From NCBI GenBank assembly GCA_013001465.1, contig JABDMM010000039.1, forward strand, positions 32,689-96,688: DNA of 64,000 nt, read 5' to 3'. The notes beneath the pieces are model-generated. The model was not told where the DNA came from. It saw only the letters and a program-made list of their open reading frames with translations, and made no database searches. Position 1 is the first letter of the stretch. Every line of letters begins with the position of its first letter. The position numbers were made by a program, and so were the translations under genes. Positions 58,589 to 64,000 of the stretch are shown in pieces. Source of the stretch: Chitinophagales bacterium (GTDB taxonomy: Bacteria > Bacteroidota > Bacteroidia > Chitinophagales > JABDMM01).

Positions 58589-59986
58589 ATGCCAAAAAGA
58601 CCAACAAAATTCATTCCATCAGTAAAAATTGATTCGATCGCTTCAAATGGGTCTGGTATCGGTAAAGTCGAAGGCAAAGTGATTTTCGTTGCCCGGTCTA
58701 TTCCCGGAGATGTAGTTGATGTTAGAGTGACAAAAGAGCGAACTTCATTTGACGAGGGAAAGGTTGCTAAGAGAATAGTGTCTTCTCCTTTGCGCAGCGA
58801 AGCTTTTTGCGAACATTTTGGAACATGTGGGGGCTGCAAATGGCAGGACATTCAATATGAAGATCAGCTTAAGTTTAAGCGTCAAATCGTCAAGGATGCT
58901 TTCAGGCATATCGCTATGGTAGAGATCCCTGAGATAGGGAATGTTCTTCCTGCACCGGCGATCAAGAGATACAGAAATAAACTGGAATATACTTTTTCAA
59001 ATAAGCGTTTTTTACCTATTGAAGAGATCAAAACAGGAAAAGAAATTGAGAATTTCGATGGTCTGGGTTTTCATATTCCGGGTAGATATGATAAGATCTT
59101 ACATCTTAAGGAGTGCCATCTTCAAGAAGAACCTTCCAACGCGATCCGGAATTTTGTCTATGATTATGCCAGATCAAATCATCTCATCTTTTTCGACCTG
59201 AAAAAGAAAACAGGATTTCTCCGTAATCTGATCATTAGAAACTCAACTTCAGGTGAAGTTCTTGTTCTATTTTCATTTTCTACCAATGACCAGCAAGTTA
59301 TAATCCCAATGCTAGAAGCAGTGAGGAAAAAATTCCCGCAAATTACCTGCATGCAATATGTTATAAATTCTAAAAGAAATGATACCATATTCGATCTGGA
59401 GATAAAACATTTTTCTGGCAGAGAATACATCAACGAGCTAATAGGAGGATACAAATTCAGAATTGGAGCTAAATCCTTTTTTCAAACCAACACAGTGCAA
59501 GCAGAGAAACTCTATGAACTAGCTTTGGAATATGCTGCTCCAAAGCAAGATGATACTTTATGGGATCTATATTGCGGTGTTGGTTCGATATCGATTTTTA
59601 TGGCTAAGTACTGCAAAGAGGTTATCGGTATTGAACAAATCGAGGAAGCGGTCAAAGATGCTTCAGTAAATGCCGCTGACAACAATATTAAGAACACGAC
59701 CTTTATTACCGGTGACGTGAGAAAAAAACTTCTGGAACCGGGCGAGATCGCAAATCCGGATATCATTATTACAGATCCGCCAAGGGCTGGTATGCATCCT
59801 GATGTTGTGAGAGCACTCATGGATTCCAATGCCGGGAAAATTGTCTATATCAGTTGTAATCCCTCAACCCAAGCGAGAGATATGAAGGAGTTATCCAAGA
59901 AGTATAAAATTGAAAAAATGCAGGCTATAGACATGTTTCCTCATACAACTCATATTGAAAACGTTGTTCTGCTGGTTAAAATTTAA
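58589..59986 (+). CDS. rlmD: 23S rRNA (uracil-5-)-methyltransferase RlmD/RumA
   Basis: N-terminal TRAM domain, Fe-S cysteines CEHFGTCGGCKWQ, a SAM fold (DLYCGVGSI) and DPPRAGM. Confidence 0.93.
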   Translation: MPKRPTKFIPSVKIDSIASNGSGIGKVEGKVIFVARSIPGDVVDVRVTKERTSFDEGKVAKRIVSSPLRSEAFCEHFGTCGGCKWQDIQYEDQLKFKRQIVKDAFRHIAMVEIPEIGNVLPAPAIKRYRNKLEYTFSNKRFLPIEEIKTGKEIENFDGLGFHIPGRYDKILHLKECHLQEEPSNAIRNFVYDYARSNHLIFFDLKKKTGFLRNLIIRNSTSGEVLVLFSFSTNDQQVIIPMLEAVRKKFPQITCMQYVINSKRNDTIFDLEIKHFSGREYINELIGGYKFRIGAKSFFQTNTVQAEKLYELALEYAAPKQDDTLWDLYCGVGSISIFMAKYCKEVIGIEQIEEAVKDASVNAADNNIKNTTFITGDVRKKLLEPGEIANPDIIITDPPRAGMHPDVVRALMDSNAGKIVYISCNPSTQARDMKELSKKYKIEKMQAIDMFPHTTHIENVVLLVKI

Positions 59987-62214
59987 TTTAACGCTTCCAT
60001 CAGCCGTTCAAATGCATCTTTGTTATATGGATCGTTGACCGATCTGATGATGTCTCTTTTTTCTTTACTGGTTAACCTCAAACTCATCGAAGCGCCTTTG
60101 TTCTCATCATTTGGTACATACTCAAATCGAATGATCTCAAGCTTATCTTTCAGAACTTCATTTGTGAGACTGATGTAAAAATCCTGGTGGTAATCCTGAA
60201 TAAGTCCAAAGTTTACATAGACATTTCCGATAGGATTAAAGATCCGGTTCATGATCGATTTTTTCCGTTCTTTCTTTATTCGCTCAAACTTCCTGTTGCT
60301 CCGCATTTGCATGATCACAACACCACTGGTATTTTTTTGGATCCATTCTTCCATTGAGTTGATAAAACGAATGGCAGTCTCCATTCCATAATTATCCCGA
60401 ATTCCGGCATCCATAACTTTAACTGTAGGGTCAGTGGGAAGATTTACCTGGGGAACGATATATGGATAAGTGCCATTCATCCTCAAGGCGCTACTTACTT
60501 TCATGTTGTAACCATCCTGTTCCTTAAAGAATCGTCCAAAATCAACAGCATCAACCTCAATAGAAAGTTTTGCTTCAGAGTCAGTTTTGGGTTTCATCAT
60601 GTATGAAATTGGCTGTGGACTTATATAGATCCTTCTCGAGTCATTTACTATAGTACCTGCCACGATCATCATTGGGATCTGACTTTCTAATTCCGGTTCC
60701 TTGTAGTCTTTAATCTTTCTTACAAATGCGCCATCGGTATTTATGTTGTACTGTTTTTCCATCATGTATCCTCTATCCTTCCGATACGTGTATTCATCAA
60801 CTTTAAATTTTTGCCATGGATAGAAAAGGTCGTTTGTTAAAACGGTAAAACAAATTGAATTGAGTACATCTTTACCAATATCTTCTTTCAGCTTAATAGA
60901 AGATATATCGACATCCTCTCCTAGGGTTTGTCTGTAATACATCTCACGAAAGTATGCCAATCCAAACATTCCACCGGAAGAGCCTGAAATCATAGCAGTT
61001 CTGTCCATCAATTGTCCGTCGAAAAGGCTATCTGCTTTCTGCATAACTGATGTCACAAACAAGCCGGACCGTATGCCACCGCCACTTGCTATGACAAGCA
61101 AGAGTTTAGGTTTTTTATTACCGGTAATTTCCTTGTTCTTGTCTTTCCATCGATCCAATATAAACTCAGTATTTGCTCTATCTGCGTTAATATTATCCTG
61201 GGTACAAACGGCATTGAGTGATTCCAAAGAATACTCTGCAAGTTTTCCTTCATAATTCAGCCCGTAAGCCTGATTCTGGTAAGAAAAAAAGTTATATCTC
61301 GTTAGAAAGTTGAGTATGATGATCAGTATAATAAAGGCTGAGGTGCTCCAGTTGCCTGTCCAAAATCTAAAAACACCGGCTATTGCCAACATCACAGAAA
61401 AAAACAAGAAGAAGCTGCATGCTGCGGGGATCTGGAACAGTGGATTTTCGATCAATATCCCAAGTCCGATCAATGCCGCAACAGTAGCTAATTGTAATAT
61501 AAATGCATTGAAGTGGTGTTGTTTATAAACAGCTCTTAGGGTCGATCGGTCATAGTGTTCAACATTTCTCGTTAAACGCAATCGCAGTTTTGTGCTTATA
61601 TAATATTCAACTTCCCAGTCATCCGATTCATGAGAAATATCTTCAAAATATGCCTTTTGCCTTTTCGCAAGTGCTCGGGTAATCTTTCCTGAAGTAAGAG
61701 CACTATCAACCCGTTTAGTAGTGAACATCAAGTAATAACCTCCTATGACCAGGATGATGATGATCCCACCTAAAAACCCAAGCAAGTCAAGAGCAATCAC
61801 ATCGATCGAGCGTAAAGATGCTTTATACTGAAAAATGCCGATGCTGATCATATATGTTAGCAGGAATGTCAATGGCAGGAGTGAGTTGTTTATGAAAAAC
61901 ATCAGGTATGGTCTCTTCAAACTTGCGAGGAACGGGAATCGATAGGAATGTAGCATATAGGAAGAAAGATTCCATGTTATAAGGAAGATACCGAAACCAA
62001 TACCTACAAGAGAAAAACTTACATAATTAATTTGTCCGAGATATTCCGGGTCAAGTAGAAGATATGGTATACCAAACTTGTTTCCTGTAAGTCCGAGGAT
62101 CAGGAGAAAAGATGTTAGCCAGAACAACAAAATCAGCTGTTGTCGCTGGAAATGCAGTAATAAGAGTTTGACAGGAAATGAACGATAGATATTCCTGATG
62201 ATCTGTAATGCCAT
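59983..62214 (-). CDS. Membrane-anchored patatin-like phospholipase
   Basis: About seven N-terminal TM helices. Patatin motifs follow: ASGGGIRSG (oxyanion), GSSGG (GxSxG nucleophile) and DAGIRDNYG (catalytic Asp). Confidence 0.88.
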   Translation of the reverse strand: MALQIIRNIYRSFPVKLLLLHFQRQQLILLFWLTSFLLILGLTGNKFGIPYLLLDPEYLGQINYVSFSLVGIGFGIFLITWNLSSYMLHSYRFPFLASLKRPYLMFFINNSLLPLTFLLTYMISIGIFQYKASLRSIDVIALDLLGFLGGIIIILVIGGYYLMFTTKRVDSALTSGKITRALAKRQKAYFEDISHESDDWEVEYYISTKLRLRLTRNVEHYDRSTLRAVYKQHHFNAFILQLATVAALIGLGILIENPLFQIPAACSFFLFFSVMLAIAGVFRFWTGNWSTSAFIILIIILNFLTRYNFFSYQNQAYGLNYEGKLAEYSLESLNAVCTQDNINADRANTEFILDRWKDKNKEITGNKKPKLLLVIASGGGIRSGLFVTSVMQKADSLFDGQLMDRTAMISGSSGGMFGLAYFREMYYRQTLGEDVDISSIKLKEDIGKDVLNSICFTVLTNDLFYPWQKFKVDEYTYRKDRGYMMEKQYNINTDGAFVRKIKDYKEPELESQIPMMIVAGTIVNDSRRIYISPQPISYMMKPKTDSEAKLSIEVDAVDFGRFFKEQDGYNMKVSSALRMNGTYPYIVPQVNLPTDPTVKVMDAGIRDNYGMETAIRFINSMEEWIQKNTSGVVIMQMRSNRKFERIKKERKKSIMNRIFNPIGNVYVNFGLIQDYHQDFYISLTNEVLKDKLEIIRFEYVPNDENKGASMSLRLTSKEKRDIIRSVNDPYNKDAFERLMEALN

Positions 62215-62256
62215 TGAGTCTAAATTATACGATCTTTTTGGCTGACAGTTAGCTTT

Positions 62257-63702
62257 TTAATTAAACTCATATGCACCAATATCGATTGCAGCTCCAGAAA
62301 TTCTTGTTTTGCCATCTAGATCTGTTGATATTGGAACAACTGGATTTGTTCCTGCATCCACTGCAGGTGAAAACTGAGTTAAATGAAAGTCTTCATCGCT
62401 TATACTCACGAAATCAGGATTCTGGTTTATGATATTGTTGGAGGAAAATTCCGGTACTGTATCTGCGAATGTAGTAAGCATACAAGATTCAAAGCTGAAA
62501 ATAAAATCTGCATCATCTAATTTTCCAAAACTTAGCTCCTCATCAAGGCTTCCAAAAAATATGCAGTTTTGAAAATTGGCTTTTTCGAGGTCATTTACAA
62601 GCAATACATTCGGGAATTCGGCTGCGTTACCCAACAACAAGATCGGATTCTTGTGGTCGAATACAACTGAACCCGTATTTACGAATGTACAGTTTACGAA
62701 TTCATAGCTTCCACCTAGACCAAGTGCTAATAAATTGTCATTTGTATTGTATGACAAACAATTAACCGCCTGGATCTCCGCATTAAATCCGAAAATACTA
62801 TTGACCTGAGAATTCTTAATGATCGTATTGTTGATATTCACAACGGGTCTGCTGGCATTTGAAAATGCGGATGGGTCTGAATCAAAGCTTGAACCAGCAG
62901 AGATCCCATAGTCGGCTTCGTTGATCACAGCATAGTTAATATCATTGCCAACAGAACCTCTCATGAAGAAGATGCCAAACCACTGAGACGGCAGATCATC
63001 AAAGAAGGATTCTAATCGATCCCCTTCAAAGACGACGGTATCTGTTTGAGTTCCCATTACCTGCAAAGATCCTGAAACAAATATCCCTGCATTATCATGA
63101 AGAAAGATCCTTGTTCCGGCTTCTATTGTCAAGACACAATTTGTATCTACATGAATTCCCGGAAATGAATTGGTGCCAACAATAACATAAGGTCTGTCTT
63201 TTGTCCATGTTTCATTACAAATTTCCTGACCTACATAAAAGTAAGCATCCTGCCCCCAGGCTCGTAAAGAAATGTGTTGCTCATTCCCATTGGTTGTAAA
63301 ATTGATCAGGTCATCGATGACAAAAGGATTATCAATATCCATCGGATCAACGGTAACCTCAACAAAAACCCAGATGCTATCCTGAGCTGGTATTTCAATG
63401 TCAGAAAAATCTGTACCCGGAATGCCATCGACATTTAGTCTGAACTGATCTCCTGAAGATTTAGCAAGGCTGATCGTCGAGATCCTTACCGGCCTCTTTT
63501 CACGATTAAAAACGCGAATGGATTTAGTAACCGAGCCCCTCGTTGTGAATACGGTATCAAATGACAAAGTATCACTGGAAAATTCAAGCTTATAGTTCGG
63601 ATCTGTGATCAGATTCTCATCCCTGCAATTCTGAAAAAGCAGAGTAATCATTACAAGAAGGAGAATAGCAGTAAATCGGACTAATTTAGTCGGCATATGC
63701 AA
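62257..63702 (-). CDS. Lipoprotein with predicted right-handed beta-helix region
   Basis: Lipobox LFQNC. Repetitive N/G/I/V-rich beta-helix-like segments. The C-terminal DLDGKTRISGAAIDIGAYEF is typical of pectate-lyase-fold or choice-of-anchor proteins. Confidence 0.7.
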   Translation of the reverse strand: MHMPTKLVRFTAILLLVMITLLFQNCRDENLITDPNYKLEFSSDTLSFDTVFTTRGSVTKSIRVFNREKRPVRISTISLAKSSGDQFRLNVDGIPGTDFSDIEIPAQDSIWVFVEVTVDPMDIDNPFVIDDLINFTTNGNEQHISLRAWGQDAYFYVGQEICNETWTKDRPYVIVGTNSFPGIHVDTNCVLTIEAGTRIFLHDNAGIFVSGSLQVMGTQTDTVVFEGDRLESFFDDLPSQWFGIFFMRGSVGNDINYAVINEADYGISAGSSFDSDPSAFSNASRPVVNINNTIIKNSQVNSIFGFNAEIQAVNCLSYNTNDNLLALGLGGSYEFVNCTFVNTGSVVFDHKNPILLLGNAAEFPNVLLVNDLEKANFQNCIFFGSLDEELSFGKLDDADFIFSFESCMLTTFADTVPEFSSNNIINQNPDFVSISDEDFHLTQFSPAVDAGTNPVVPISTDLDGKTRISGAAIDIGAYEFN

Positions 63703-64000
63703 ATGTTGCTATATTAAATTCGGCATTTGTTTTGTTCAAAATTGCTTTTGTACAGGCTTCGAGTGTTGATCCGGTTGTTATAACGTCATCGATCAACAAA
63801 ATATTCTTACCTTCTACTTTCTCTCTGTCATTACAAATAAAATCACCGGATATAGTTTTCCAGCGGTGGTATTTGTCCTTTTTAGTTTGAGATTTTCCGG
63901 ACTTCACTCTTTTTAGAGCGGAATCAGAACACTCTATGCTCGAGTATTTACTCAATTCTTCTGCGAAGATAACACACTGGTTGAATCCTCTGCTCCTAAA
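63686..64000 (-). CDS. comF: ComF-family phosphoribosyltransferase-fold protein (N-terminus beyond window end)
   Basis: RGFNQ motif at the window edge and the PRTase motif ILLIDDVITTGSTLEAC. The frame stays open to nt 64000. Confidence 0.85.
   Translation of the reverse strand, partial: FRSRGFNQCVIFAEELSKYSSIECSDSALKRVKSGKSQTKKDKYHRWKTISGDFICNDREKVEGKNILLIDDVITTGSTLEACTKAILNKTNAEFNIATFAYAD

Noticed and set aside
1-64000. A search for CRISPR arrays, transposases/integrases, prophage genes, toxin-antitoxin pairs, restriction-modification systems or other defence systems.
   Set aside because: No spaced direct repeats and no recombinase, reverse transcriptase or nuclease signatures appear in any ORF. 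Nearly every gene has a housekeeping or envelope assignment, so I do not claim any mobile or defence element.

Overview
This is a gene-dense chromosomal segment of about 64 kb, roughly 40% GC by eye, and almost certainly from a member of the Bacteroidota. Three things support that: two cargo proteins with C-terminal T9SS sorting domains, a fused alpha/beta E1 dehydrogenase, and many TAnnTTTG -7 promoter boxes. I call about 58 CDS, most of them core housekeeping genes. They include pheS, the rplM-rpsI-rpsB-tsf operon, pyrH, frr, dusB, cdsA, gdhA, psd, glyA, rpiB, tatC, radA, thiL and rlmD, plus envelope and periplasmic functions. I see no rRNA, tRNA, CRISPR array, transposase, integrase or recognisable defence genes, so this looks like core genome rather than an accessory island. 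The best candidate for something undescribed is a tight same-strand cluster at 22.2-29.6 kb. It holds a two-component system, a DUF547 lipoprotein and two large, translationally coupled secreted paralogs that fit no family I recognise. The paralogs share a C-terminal alpha/beta domain with a conserved HRG[HY]S...GSCG[GS]Y His/Cys motif. Three sequence-level oddities also stand out. GATC is strongly enriched in coding DNA only. Seven of eleven convergent gene pairs overlap at their stop codons. Four -7 promoter boxes sit 4-6 nt from an ATG, which suggests leaderless mRNAs. All calls rest on motif recognition by eye and all counts are hand counts.
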